From assembly GCA_965230955.1 (NCBI GenBank), contig OZ246404.1, positions 353,184-417,183 of the forward strand: 64,000 bases of DNA, written 5' to 3'. A program made the position numbers and the translations under genes. The stretch is from an uncultured Candidatus Saccharibacteria bacterium. GTDB taxonomy: Bacteria > Patescibacteriota > CALEFQ01. Each line of letters starts with the position of its first letter. The stretch's first letter is position 1. Of the stretch, positions 27,683-37,285 are shown one piece after another. Under the pieces are notes generated by a model. That model ran no database searches. It was not told the DNA's origin and was given only the letters and a program-made list of their open reading frames with translations.

Positions 27683-29638
27683 ATGCCTAATGCCGAAATA
27701 AATTCTTTTGGACAAACCAATTACCGCAATCGCCGGGTGGAATTTGGTATCAAACTTGATGATCGGCGCCGTCATATGTATGTGATCGGGAAAACCGGCA
27801 TGGGTAAATCCCATTTGCTGCGGCACCTGGCCTACAATGATATTCAAGCAGGGCGGGGAATCGCCTTTGTCGATCCGCACGGTGATTCCGCTGACTGGCT
27901 GTTGGAATACATTCCGGCCAGCCGGATAAATGACGTCGTGTATATCAATCCAACCGATATCGATTTTCCCATTGCCTTTAATGTGTTGGAAAAAGTTGAT
28001 CGACGCTATCACAATTTGGTGGCGGACGGTTTAGTGGGCGTTTTCAAAAAAATCTGGGCCGAATCCTGGGGACCGCGTTTGGAATATTTGATGCGCAACG
28101 CCATTTTGTCATTGTTGGACTATCAGGACAGCACTCTGCTCGGCGTGACCAGGATGCTGGTCGACAAAGCTTATCGTAAAAAAGTTATTGCTCGGGTGCA
28201 GGATCCGGTGGTCAAAGCTTTTTGGGTCGAGGAATTCGCCAAATACAACGACAAATTTTTAGTGGAAGCGATTTCTCCCATCCAAAATAAAATCGGGCAG
28301 TTTTTGGCTAATGCCGTGATTCGGAATATTGTCGGCCAGCCTCAAAGCACGATCAATATCCGCGAAATCATGGATCAGGGCAAAATACTAATCCTGAATC
28401 TTTCCAAAGGCAAAATCGGCGAGGCCAGCAGTGCTTTGCTTGGCGCCATGATTATTACCAAGCTCCAGTTGGCGGCGATGAGCCGCGCCGATATTCCCGA
28501 GGAGCAACGGCGCGATTTTTTCCTTTATGTCGATGAATTCCAAACTTTCGCGACGGAGAGTTTTGCTGATATCTTGTCCGAAGCTCGCAAGTATCGCCTC
28601 GGTTTGGTGATGGCGCATCAGTATATTGAGCAGATGCCGGAAGAAGTGGCGGCGGCGGTTTTTGGCAATGTCGGCACGTTAATCTCTTTCCGGGTGGGCG
28701 CGGCGGACGCCGAAGTCCTCGAGACCGAATTTGCTCCGGTATTTATGCAAAAAGACTTGGTTAATCTGCCCAAGTTTGGTTTCTATATTAAATTAATGAT
28801 TGATGGCGTGGCCAGTGACGGTTTTAGCGCTAATACGGTCAATATGAAATTTACTCCGACGGGGAATAAGGATAAAGTGATCCGGGTTTCGCGGGAGCGT
28901 TATGCCAATCCTCGTTCTGTCGTTGAGGAAAAAATTGCTCGCTGGAGCGGGGTTTTTGAAGGCAAGGTCGGGGTAGACAAAGATAGTTATGAAAAGGAAG
29001 ACGAGGCCCGAAATAATAAGTCCCGTTTCAAACCGGCAGTCAGCCGCCCGGTTTTGGGGCACCAGGAAAATCGTCCGGCTTCTTTTGCTCCAAAGAGTTA
29101 TCCGCCCAAGAATAATTTTTCGCGTCCGCCGATCAATCGGCCGGCGCCAACAGCGGTTAATCGAGCGTCCAACTATCAACCGGCTCCTCGACCGATCATG
29201 TCGAGTGCGCCTGCGTCTCATTCTGCTCCCGCCCCGACGCCTTATCCGAGCCAGCGTCCGGCTGTCTCTCATCCGATAGTTTCTCGTCCGGCATCTGTAT
29301 CTCCGAAACCGCGATTGTCTCCTCCTGTTTCAGCGCCTCGGCCGGTTCCGGCACCGCGGGCGAATACGAGTCCGCGTCCGGTTGTTTCATCTCGTCCAGT
29401 GTCTGCACCTTCGAAACAGCGGTCTACTCCGCCGGCGCGTCATTACCCGACACCGCCTCCTCCGATCCCGCCGCGGACCAGAATCGTTCCAAAAACCGCG
29501 AAGCCGGTAGCGACAGGGATTTCTCTGAAGGAAGCGGTCAAGCAAGGACCGCAAAGCGTGCATCAGCCCAAAATAAATAAGCCGCGCGGTGATCGCCGGC
29601 CTTTGCCCCCGGGGCAGAAGGCGGTGCTTGGTAAATAG
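27683..29638 (+). CDS. HerA/TraD/VirD4-like (DUF87) P-loop ATPase with Pro/Ser/Arg-rich tail
   Basis: Walker A GKTGMGKS, DPHGD, Walker B LYVDEFQ, SEARKY. Confidence 0.88.
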   Translation: MPNAEINSFGQTNYRNRRVEFGIKLDDRRRHMYVIGKTGMGKSHLLRHLAYNDIQAGRGIAFVDPHGDSADWLLEYIPASRINDVVYINPTDIDFPIAFNVLEKVDRRYHNLVADGLVGVFKKIWAESWGPRLEYLMRNAILSLLDYQDSTLLGVTRMLVDKAYRKKVIARVQDPVVKAFWVEEFAKYNDKFLVEAISPIQNKIGQFLANAVIRNIVGQPQSTINIREIMDQGKILILNLSKGKIGEASSALLGAMIITKLQLAAMSRADIPEEQRRDFFLYVDEFQTFATESFADILSEARKYRLGLVMAHQYIEQMPEEVAAAVFGNVGTLISFRVGAADAEVLETEFAPVFMQKDLVNLPKFGFYIKLMIDGVASDGFSANTVNMKFTPTGNKDKVIRVSRERYANPRSVVEEKIARWSGVFEGKVGVDKDSYEKEDEARNNKSRFKPAVSRPVLGHQENRPASFAPKSYPPKNNFSRPPINRPAPTAVNRASNYQPAPRPIMSSAPASHSAPAPTPYPSQRPAVSHPIVSRPASVSPKPRLSPPVSAPRPVPAPRANTSPRPVVSSRPVSAPSKQRSTPPARHYPTPPPPIPPRTRIVPKTAKPVATGISLKEAVKQGPQSVHQPKINKPRGDRRPLPPGQKAVLGK

Positions 29639-29639
29639 C

Positions 29640-29669
29640 TTGACTTTTCCAGGGTAATAGTGTTAGAAT
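29640..29669 (+). promoter_or_regulatory. sigma70-type promoter
   Basis: TTGACT-18 nt-TAGAAT with TG extension. Confidence 0.55.
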
Positions 29670-29778
29670 AATCAGATTTGTTGAAATTGGCTATTTGAAG
29701 CCGAAATATCGAGTTTCGAAAGAAGCCCTACTAACTTGTTATTATTTTAAGGTGGCGGAGGGGCACCGGATCATCAAT

Positions 29779-32700
29779 ATGAAATCTAAATTCCTCGCGA
29801 CCTCCAAACGAGCTATTGTTTTTGTTGTGCTCGCCGGTATGGTCATGCTTTATGGCGGACAGCCTATTTTGCAGGCGCAGGCTGAATCTCGGCCGGCTAA
29901 TCCGACGGAGAACTTAGGTGGATTTAGCTTCGGCGGTGCGAGCCAGCTTCCTGAGCTTCCGCCCGTTGCTACTCCGGCTGTAACTACGACTCAGACCGAA
30001 ACTGTCCCGGCTGTGACGCCGACTCCGGTGGTAACACCTCAGGCTACTCCGGTCGTGACTCCGACGCCGACATCGACGTCGACTCCGAAGGTTACCGTAA
30101 CACCGGCCAAAGAAGCGCCGAAAGCGGAAACAAAAAGCGAGGAACCAAAACCGATTTGGCAAGAAAACGGCCAGGGAAGTTTCACGACGACCGAGCCGGT
30201 CAAATTGGGCGAGGTTTATACTTATCCCGGCCGTAATTTGGAATTGAAATTCACTCAACTCCCGACTCTGTCCGGCAAAGTTACCATTCGCAAAGTGGCC
30301 GCGAGCGCTGTCCCGATTTCAGGCGTAGTGGGCGATGTCTATGACATTACCTCGACTATGGCTGACGGGACTTTTAAATACGAATTATCTTTGCCTTACG
30401 ATAAATCCGGTTCGAACGTCCAAGTTGTTTATTCCGAAGATGCGAAAAATTTCACCCCGGTTGAGCAGGGGAAGGTTGATGTTTTAGCTGGGGAAAAACA
30501 AGTAAAAGCGGCTGATCTGAATCATTTTACTTATTTTGCTGTTGTGAGCGGTCAGGATGCTTCAGATGGTTCGGCTCAAACTTTCAATGTTTCAGAATTG
30601 GCTGATTTGCAGACGGCTAATAATTGGTCGGGTTATGTCCAATCTGATAGTCGCTGGCCGCTCTGGAATTATGATTCCGGCAATTATATCCAGTTCAATT
30701 TGGGTTCAGTTGTACCGGCAGATGCTTCTGTCAGTGGTGCAACTTTGCATTTTCGATATGCCCGCGGGGTGATGGGGATCATTCCGTTTTTGTTTGATAC
30801 TTATGGTGCTCGGCTCCAAGCCCAAGACAGTAACGGAAACTGGGTAGATATTGCCGATGTTTGGAATGATAACTGGCTCACTTTCCGGACTTATAATGTT
30901 GATTTGACTTCATTTTTCCAAAATAATCCGACTTTGCAGAACTTGTCTATTCGTTTCCAGATGTATGGCGGAAATTTACTGTTCCCCTTTTTGGGCGGTA
31001 TGCGCAGTTATCATGATTGGGTGGGGCTTGATATACAGACGATTCCTGGTGTACCGACTATTAATCATCCTATCGAAGATTCAGTGATGATTAATTCCGC
31101 GACTACCAGCACCCATTATCTGTCGGGAACAGCCGAGCCCGGATCAACCGTAAAACTTTATATTAATGGTTCTCCGACTACCTGGACGGTGACGGCTGAT
31201 TCCAGCGGCAATTTCCTTTTCCCCAACAATATTTTAACGGCTGTCGGTATTGACTATGATTTTGACTACATGATTCCCATAGTAGCGACGGTTACTTCTT
31301 CCAATGCTGATGGGGAAAGTGCGCCCTCTCGCGGTATTAGTTATACCAAGGATACTTACGCGCCGGGTGATGTAAATTTGCTTTCACCGGCCGATGATTC
31401 TTTCGTCAATACCGATGGTTTGGTGATGGATTGGACCGACGCGGTTGATAGCAATCAACCAAACGATAGCGGTATCGCCGGTTACATCTATGAATCTTAC
31501 CGCGATGAAGCGATGACTAATTTGGCTTATCGTTCCACATTGCTGACCGAATCAGAAATCCCGGCTCCGGGCACGCCTGACGGTGATTACTGGTGGCATG
31601 TGAAATCAATTGATGTGGCGGGTAATGAAGGTCAATGGAGCACCTCCTGGCAGGTGACAGTGGATAATATCGCTCCGGCTATTCCGACCAGTCTCGGTTT
31701 CAATGTTCCTCCCGAAGGGACTCCCGATGACCGTCCGGTGGATTTGCCGTGTCCCAGTAGCCTTACCAATCAAAATCGAGTCGCGCATGTTTGGACAGAT
31801 GAATCGGCCAGCGGCGCTGTTGAATATGAACGCCAGTGGCAATATCCCGGGACGACAACCTGGCAGGGCGCGGAGCGCTGGACGACAACCAATACCGATT
31901 ATCGCGCTTTTGGCACCGACGAAGGTATTGAAGGTTATTGGAATGTCCGAGTGCGCGCGCGCGACGCGGCGAATAATTGGAGCGCCTTTGGTATGCCTTG
32001 TGCTATTACCTTGGATCGCACCGCTCCCGGAGCTCCGATTTTAGTGAGCCCGACCGACGGCACCATTCAAAACTCAAATTCAGTTTTGTATACTTGGGAA
32101 CCGGGTTCCGATCTTTCCCAGCTTGACGGTTATGAACTGTCATTGTTCTTGAACGGAGTTCCGGCGATGCAGTTCATGATTGACGATCCCGCCGATACCC
32201 AATTGCTTGTTCCTTCGGTTGACGGAGTCTGGGACTGGCAAGTTCGCAGTCAGGATTTGGCCGGTAATTTCAGTCCGTGGTCCGCTCGCTGGCAAGTTAC
32301 GGTTGATACCGTCGCTCCCGGCGCACCGGTTTTAGTTAGCCCGACCGACGACACCATTCAAAATTCCAGCCAGATTCAATATGTGTGGGAACCGGGTTCG
32401 GACATCTCCCAGCTTGACGGTTATGAATTGTCGTTGTTCCGGAACGGAGTTCCGGCCATGCAGTTTATGATCGATGATCCTTCAGTGACTCAGGTTACCG
32501 TTCCTTCGCTCGACGGCGTTTGGGACTGGCAAGTTCGCAGTCAGGATTTAGCCGGTAATTTCAGTCCGTGGTCCGCTCGCTGGCAAGTTACGGTTGATAC
32601 CGTCGCTCCCGGCGCTCCTGTTTTAGTGAGCCCGGCCGATGGCACCATCCAAAACTCAAATTCAGTTTTGTATACTTGGGAACCTGGTTCCGATATTTCA

Positions 32701-34137
32701 CAGCTTGACGGTTATGAATTGTCATTGTTCTGGAACGGTATTCCGGCGATGCAGTTTATGATTAATGATCCCGCGGTGACTCAAGTTCCCGTTCCTTCTA
32801 TCGACGGCGTTTGGGAATGGAAAGTAAGAAGCAAAGATTTGGCCGGTAATTTCAGCCCGTGGTCCGCTCGTTGGCGGGTGACGGTTGATACCGTCGCTCC
32901 CAATGCTCCGATTTTATCTGATCCGATCGATGGAGCATTGCTGGATCATTCTGATGTTACTTTGAAATGGAATCAGGAGCCCCGCACCTTGCTAAACAAA
33001 GTCTCGGTCTTATCGATTGACACCTTTGAAGTCGATGTTGATGGTGTTGTTACTTCCGGTGTTACCGCCAATGAATTATCGGGAAGCTTTGCCGATGGTC
33101 AGCACCATTGGAAAGTTCGCGCTAAAGATGCGGCCGGCAATTATAGTGACTGGAGTGCCACCTGGTCGTTTACGGTTGACACTACTGCTCCTGGTACACC
33201 GGCTCTAATCAATCCGCCTCATGAATCATTGCTTAACTACAATAATGTTAATCTCGACTGGACCGATGTCACAGATAATATCGGCTTGGCCGGCTATGAA
33301 TTAGAGATTAATTCTACCGCTTTGGGTTTATCGCCGGTTACATCCTGGATTGATTCCACCGTTTCACAATTCCAGACTGTTGGTTTGCCGGATGGTGTTT
33401 ACAGCTGGAGAGTTCGCGCCAAAGATAATGCCGGCCATTACAGTAATTGGAGCGAAACCCGGACATATACCGTCGATAGAACGGCTCCGGCGGCTCCGAC
33501 CGGCGTCCAGGCAACTTACATTTCCTCCGGTACCGTGCAGGTTAGCTGGGATGCCGTGTCAGATGCGGATCATTATGTGATTTACCGCAATGGGGTCAAA
33601 ATTGCCGAAGTTCGCGGCGCGACTACGTATAATGATTCTGGTTTGAGCGAGACTAAACATGAATACTATGTCTCGGCGGTTGACGCGGCTGGCAACGAAG
33701 GAGCCCAAGGCGGACCGGGTGCAATCGATTTGTCGCCGACGCCGACGACCGGTCCGACCTCAACTTCTCCGACAACCGGTCCCCGAACCACTACCGGTTT
33801 GACGACCGGCGGCACGGTACTCGGCGTGACTACCGGAACGACCGGTGCCCTGTTGACTGATTTCGGCACTGGCCTTGATACCGGTTCGGCGTTCTCTGGC
33901 GAAGGTACTGTCTCCGGCGCGGAAGATGAGGCGATTGGTGAAGAAGGCAGTGATGACGGACAAGTGGCCGGTGCTGAGACTTCCGATCTGAAGGCGGCCG
34001 CGGCCGACCAGGTCAATACCGGTTCGGATCAAAGTTGGTGGCAAACTTGGTGGTTCTGGCTCCTGCTGATTATTGCCGTCATTCTGATTACTTGGTTGAT
34101 TGCCAAACGCCGCAAAAAAGATGATGAGATAAGATAG
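29779..34137 (+). CDS. Large surface protein with Ig/fibronectin-III-like repeats and C-terminal membrane anchor
   Basis: Signal peptide, Pro/Thr-rich linkers, repeated W.VR..D.AGN...WS...VD modules, terminal TM helix + KRRKK. Confidence 0.88.
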   Translation: MKSKFLATSKRAIVFVVLAGMVMLYGGQPILQAQAESRPANPTENLGGFSFGGASQLPELPPVATPAVTTTQTETVPAVTPTPVVTPQATPVVTPTPTSTSTPKVTVTPAKEAPKAETKSEEPKPIWQENGQGSFTTTEPVKLGEVYTYPGRNLELKFTQLPTLSGKVTIRKVAASAVPISGVVGDVYDITSTMADGTFKYELSLPYDKSGSNVQVVYSEDAKNFTPVEQGKVDVLAGEKQVKAADLNHFTYFAVVSGQDASDGSAQTFNVSELADLQTANNWSGYVQSDSRWPLWNYDSGNYIQFNLGSVVPADASVSGATLHFRYARGVMGIIPFLFDTYGARLQAQDSNGNWVDIADVWNDNWLTFRTYNVDLTSFFQNNPTLQNLSIRFQMYGGNLLFPFLGGMRSYHDWVGLDIQTIPGVPTINHPIEDSVMINSATTSTHYLSGTAEPGSTVKLYINGSPTTWTVTADSSGNFLFPNNILTAVGIDYDFDYMIPIVATVTSSNADGESAPSRGISYTKDTYAPGDVNLLSPADDSFVNTDGLVMDWTDAVDSNQPNDSGIAGYIYESYRDEAMTNLAYRSTLLTESEIPAPGTPDGDYWWHVKSIDVAGNEGQWSTSWQVTVDNIAPAIPTSLGFNVPPEGTPDDRPVDLPCPSSLTNQNRVAHVWTDESASGAVEYERQWQYPGTTTWQGAERWTTTNTDYRAFGTDEGIEGYWNVRVRARDAANNWSAFGMPCAITLDRTAPGAPILVSPTDGTIQNSNSVLYTWEPGSDLSQLDGYELSLFLNGVPAMQFMIDDPADTQLLVPSVDGVWDWQVRSQDLAGNFSPWSARWQVTVDTVAPGAPVLVSPTDDTIQNSSQIQYVWEPGSDISQLDGYELSLFRNGVPAMQFMIDDPSVTQVTVPSLDGVWDWQVRSQDLAGNFSPWSARWQVTVDTVAPGAPVLVSPADGTIQNSNSVLYTWEPGSDISQLDGYELSLFWNGIPAMQFMINDPAVTQVPVPSIDGVWEWKVRSKDLAGNFSPWSARWRVTVDTVAPNAPILSDPIDGALLDHSDVTLKWNQEPRTLLNKVSVLSIDTFEVDVDGVVTSGVTANELSGSFADGQHHWKVRAKDAAGNYSDWSATWSFTVDTTAPGTPALINPPHESLLNYNNVNLDWTDVTDNIGLAGYELEINSTALGLSPVTSWIDSTVSQFQTVGLPDGVYSWRVRAKDNAGHYSNWSETRTYTVDRTAPAAPTGVQATYISSGTVQVSWDAVSDADHYVIYRNGVKIAEVRGATTYNDSGLSETKHEYYVSAVDAAGNEGAQGGPGAIDLSPTPTTGPTSTSPTTGPRTTTGLTTGGTVLGVTTGTTGALLTDFGTGLDTGSAFSGEGTVSGAEDEAIGEEGSDDGQVAGAETSDLKAAAADQVNTGSDQSWWQTWWFWLLLIIAVILITWLIAKRRKKDDEIR
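32023..32895 (+). repeat. Three tandem 291-bp (97-aa) intragenic repeats
   Basis: gctccc anchor recurs at 32023, 32314, 32605, 32896; near-identical peptide units. Confidence 0.93.
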
Positions 34138-34150
34138 TCGGTAATTATAG

Positions 34151-34181
34151 AAGGCGCTCCTCGAAATCGGGGAGCGCTTTT
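34151..34181. terminator. Terminator between convergent genes
   Basis: aaggcgctcctcg aaat cggggagcgctttt. Confidence 0.75.
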
Positions 34182-34230
34182 GGTAAATAAAAAACCCATG
34201 TTTGGCAACATGGGTTGGGGAACGAGATTG

Positions 34231-35697
34231 TTAGAATGGTCGTGGTCCGCCGATGCAGAAAGTGCAGAAATCATCGAGACTGCGACCAAATTGGTGATAG
34301 ACCGCGGCCAGATCAGCGAGGGGCAATTGTCTTACGGTCATATGCAGGGCCTGGCAAATCTGATCTTCACTCCGGTTGCGCGAGATGAATGCTCCTTCGG
34401 GGTGCATGTCGACACCGAAGTTGCATCCGCGCGGCAGTCCATCCGATCCGATGATGCCGACTGGCGGAGTATAGCTGAGGAAGATTACTTTTTTCACTCC
34501 GGCTTCTTGGCAGAGGATTTCTTTGACGCGCCGACTGTTATTGCCCCGGACAATGCTGTCATCAATGACGATGACGGTTTTGCCTTTGAGAAAAGAGCGG
34601 GAGTTGTAGACGATCGGATTCTCGGAAATCATGTACGTGATTTCCAGACTGGGCAGCAGATTTAGATTGCGCTTGATCGATTCTCGCCGGCTCCGGGGAG
34701 TGGATCCGATAAAAGACCTTTCTTGATTCGCTTTGTAGAAAATGTTGGCGAAAGGCAGGCCCAGTTCCGCCGCATAGGCGAGGGCGGCCGGTTCGGGACA
34801 GCGCGGCAGGTAAGTGACCAGGTCGGCTCCCGGGAAAGGAAAGCGGCGCGCCAGTGCTTGGCCGAGCAGTCGACGAATGTTATGGATCGGAATACCATCG
34901 ACGGTCGAGCCCGGGTGTGAGAAGTAGTGGAGCTCAAAAAAACAAAGATGGTGCGATCCGACAGCGACTTGGCGATGGGGGCCGCAGCGGCCGTCGGGAT
35001 AGAGATAGTAGATTGATCCCGGTTCCAAATCTTCGATCAATCTTGCCCCGTTTTTCCGGAAAGCGATATCCTCCGAAGCCATTACGAACATGTTGTCTTT
35101 TTGGCCCAGCACTCCCGGCCTGATGCCGGTCTGGTCCCGCAAGACAATGGTTTTGCTTGTTCGGATATCAACATAGGCTAGGGTGTACGATCCGGGAATG
35201 GTGCGGAGCGTCTGGTCGGGTCCGTTTTGCCGGATGAAGTGGAGTAATCGTTCGGAATCGCAATCGGTGGTGATCCGGCGGCAATCGATTGACCCCAAAT
35301 GTTCCGCGGCAACTTCGCCGTTGTGAATCAGGGCCATTTCGGCATTTGAGATGAAGAGATGGTCGCCATGGTCTTCGATTTCTCCGCCGATAACATGGGG
35401 ATGTCCCGATTCCAGGAGCTGTCGCGGAATTTTCTCGCCCTGAGTGGCGTAACGAACATGCCCTCCGAAAGTGTGAAATTCGCGTCCGGTCGAGAAAATT
35501 TTGTGCATGTCGGTCAGGTCGAATACCCGTTTGGGCGGGCCCAGCCACTTAAGGCAGAAAATTTTGCCGTCAGTCGCTTGACCGTAAATTCCGGTCACTT
35601 CCTGTCCGCGGTGCGACAGGGAATAAAGGAAATTGTAACAGTCATGCAAAGTGTGAGTCACGCAAATGCCACACTTGCATTGCACTAAATCACTCAT
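34231..35697 (-). CDS. purF: Amidophosphoribosyltransferase-like (Ntn glutaminase + PRTase)
   Basis: Propeptide then CGI, HRGQE, GHVRYAT, HNGE, CFFE..YF, IDDSIVRG, CNFGVDM, CTFC. Confidence 0.8.
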   Translation of the reverse strand: MSDLVQCKCGICVTHTLHDCYNFLYSLSHRGQEVTGIYGQATDGKIFCLKWLGPPKRVFDLTDMHKIFSTGREFHTFGGHVRYATQGEKIPRQLLESGHPHVIGGEIEDHGDHLFISNAEMALIHNGEVAAEHLGSIDCRRITTDCDSERLLHFIRQNGPDQTLRTIPGSYTLAYVDIRTSKTIVLRDQTGIRPGVLGQKDNMFVMASEDIAFRKNGARLIEDLEPGSIYYLYPDGRCGPHRQVAVGSHHLCFFELHYFSHPGSTVDGIPIHNIRRLLGQALARRFPFPGADLVTYLPRCPEPAALAYAAELGLPFANIFYKANQERSFIGSTPRSRRESIKRNLNLLPSLEITYMISENPIVYNSRSFLKGKTVIVIDDSIVRGNNSRRVKEILCQEAGVKKVIFLSYTPPVGIIGSDGLPRGCNFGVDMHPEGAFISRNRSEDQICQALHMTVRQLPLADLAAVYHQFGRSLDDFCTFCIGGPRPF

Positions 35698-35743
35698 GAG
35701 TACCTCCTATTCTCTGTGGTTGTGAATTTACAACTGATCAGGG

Positions 35744-35773
35744 TATCTTAGCGCTGTTAACGGTTCTAGGTCA
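35744..35773 (-). promoter_or_regulatory. sigma70-type promoter of purF-like gene
   Basis: Minus strand TTGACC-18 nt-TAAGAT; SD AGGAGG before ATG. Confidence 0.55.
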
Positions 35774-35785
35774 AGGCAAACTAGT

Positions 35786-36367
35786 CTATTTTTGGGCTCG
35801 GACGAAAAATCTTTTCAAATCTGTCCCATTGGGCCAGCAGGTGACAAGAGTTATTTCGTTGACGTCATCATCCGGCGCTCGAAATACCTCGGTAGAATTT
35901 TTCCCGACGGTCCGGCGTTCGGTGACAGAGTAGCGATAAACGATGTCTTCATAATGAATGACGATTTCATCGCCAATTTCCAGTTTTTCCAGCAGGGTGA
36001 AAACGGTATTATAATCACTGGCTTGCCACCAATAATTTGAGCTATGTCCGATATATACCCCGTTTCCGATTTGGGTGGGGAGCGGAGTTTCGGGGTGATG
36101 AACCACTCCGTGAAGCAAGAGCGGCGCCAGATTGTCTTTTTGCGAATCATCAGATAGAATGAGCGGAGCGCGAAGCTTAATAGCCGGTATTTCGATATAG
36201 TTTTGATCAGCTATCAGCCGGTTTTCCGGCAGGGTATCAGTCAGATACCTCCATTGGATAGTCAGTATCGGCCAGTTGATAAAAAGGTAAGAACTCAAAA
36301 TTGCCAGGGCGAAAAGCGAGGCAAAAAAAGTGGAATTTTTGAGCAATGATTGACGCTGAATATCCAT
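35786..36367 (-). CDS. Sortase
   Basis: N-terminal TM; IEIPAI, GHSS, F..L..L..GD.I, TLVTC, R triad. Confidence 0.9.
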   Translation of the reverse strand: MDIQRQSLLKNSTFFASLFALAILSSYLFINWPILTIQWRYLTDTLPENRLIADQNYIEIPAIKLRAPLILSDDSQKDNLAPLLLHGVVHHPETPLPTQIGNGVYIGHSSNYWWQASDYNTVFTLLEKLEIGDEIVIHYEDIVYRYSVTERRTVGKNSTEVFRAPDDDVNEITLVTCWPNGTDLKRFFVRAQK

Positions 36368-36428
36368 CCAACTATTGTAGTTTCTATGTTATAATTAGTC
36401 CAATGTTTTTGCGGAAGATCATCATTCA

Positions 36429-36496
36429 GTCAATAAATATTTAGTTTTAGGCCATTCCCGAAGGGTTTTCAGGCCTAAAACTAAATATTTATTGAC
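36429..36496. repeat. Perfect 25-bp inverted repeat with 18-nt spacer
   Basis: gtcaataaatatttagttttaggcc (36429-53) / ggcctaaaactaaatatttattgac (36472-96). Confidence 0.92.
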
Positions 36497-36511
36497 GGAC
36501 TTACTGACCCA

Positions 36512-37285
36512 ATGAATGAAACTCTCAAAATTAAAAGCGTCACCGGCCACTTGCTCGATAATCAATTGAGCTGGCCGAAAGGGAAAAAACGTCCCGTCCC
36601 GCTGGTTATTTTGTGCCACGGCTTTTTGGCGCACAGCCAGCTCTTGTTTTTCCCGGCTCTCAAACGGCTTTTGCATTATTACGGCTATGCTGTTTTTTCC
36701 TATGATTTTCCCGGCCATGGATTTTCTCCAGGAAGCAAAAGCGAGGTGACCTTGCCTCGTAATATCAAGGATTTGCATAACATAATTAATGCTTTGGAAA
36801 AGGACGATCGACTGAATCTGTCGCGGCTGATTGTGATCGGGCATAGTTTGGGCGGCATTACGGCTTTGATGTCGGGGGTAACTGATCGCCGTATCAAACG
36901 GATCGTGGCTATCGGAGCAGCTTTGAATTTTGAAGAAGCGGTTCGCCAACTGCTGGCTAACGGTAAAATGTTTTATCGGGATGGTACCATTTATTTTCAG
37001 TTTTCCAAGATGTTTCCGGCTCAGCGCTGTGATAAGACGCTTTGGTCTTATACCAATAAATTTAATTTCAAGGATCGGGCCGAAAAAATCAAAGCGGCGG
37101 TTTTGATGATCGCGGGGGAGAAGGATGATATTATTCCTCTTAAACTGACTCAAGAAACCTATCGCCGTCTGTCGGGTGTGAAAAAAATAACCGTGATCAA
37201 AAAATGCGGTCACTTATTTATCGCTCCAAGCCATCAACGGCAGTTGTTTCGAGCAATAATCAAATGGCTAAAACCGCGAAGATAA
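36512..37285 (+). CDS. Alpha/beta hydrolase
   Basis: CHGF, DFPGHG.S, GHSLGG nucleophile elbow, GEKDD, GH. Confidence 0.9.
   Translation: MNETLKIKSVTGHLLDNQLSWPKGKKRPVPLVILCHGFLAHSQLLFFPALKRLLHYYGYAVFSYDFPGHGFSPGSKSEVTLPRNIKDLHNIINALEKDDRLNLSRLIVIGHSLGGITALMSGVTDRRIKRIVAIGAALNFEEAVRQLLANGKMFYRDGTIYFQFSKMFPAQRCDKTLWSYTNKFNFKDRAEKIKAAVLMIAGEKDDIIPLKLTQETYRRLSGVKKITVIKKCGHLFIAPSHQRQLFRAIIKWLKPRR

Noticed and set aside
32023-32895. 291-bp repeats as a diversity-generating retroelement TR/VR pair
   Set aside because: In-frame tandem domains, differences not restricted to adenines, and no reverse transcriptase in the window
34180-34665. 161-aa plus-strand ORF and other shadow ORFs (for example 23-847, 19874-20716, 36422-37213, 41633-42385)
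   Set aside because: Antisense or off-frame to well-supported genes, with no recognisable motifs
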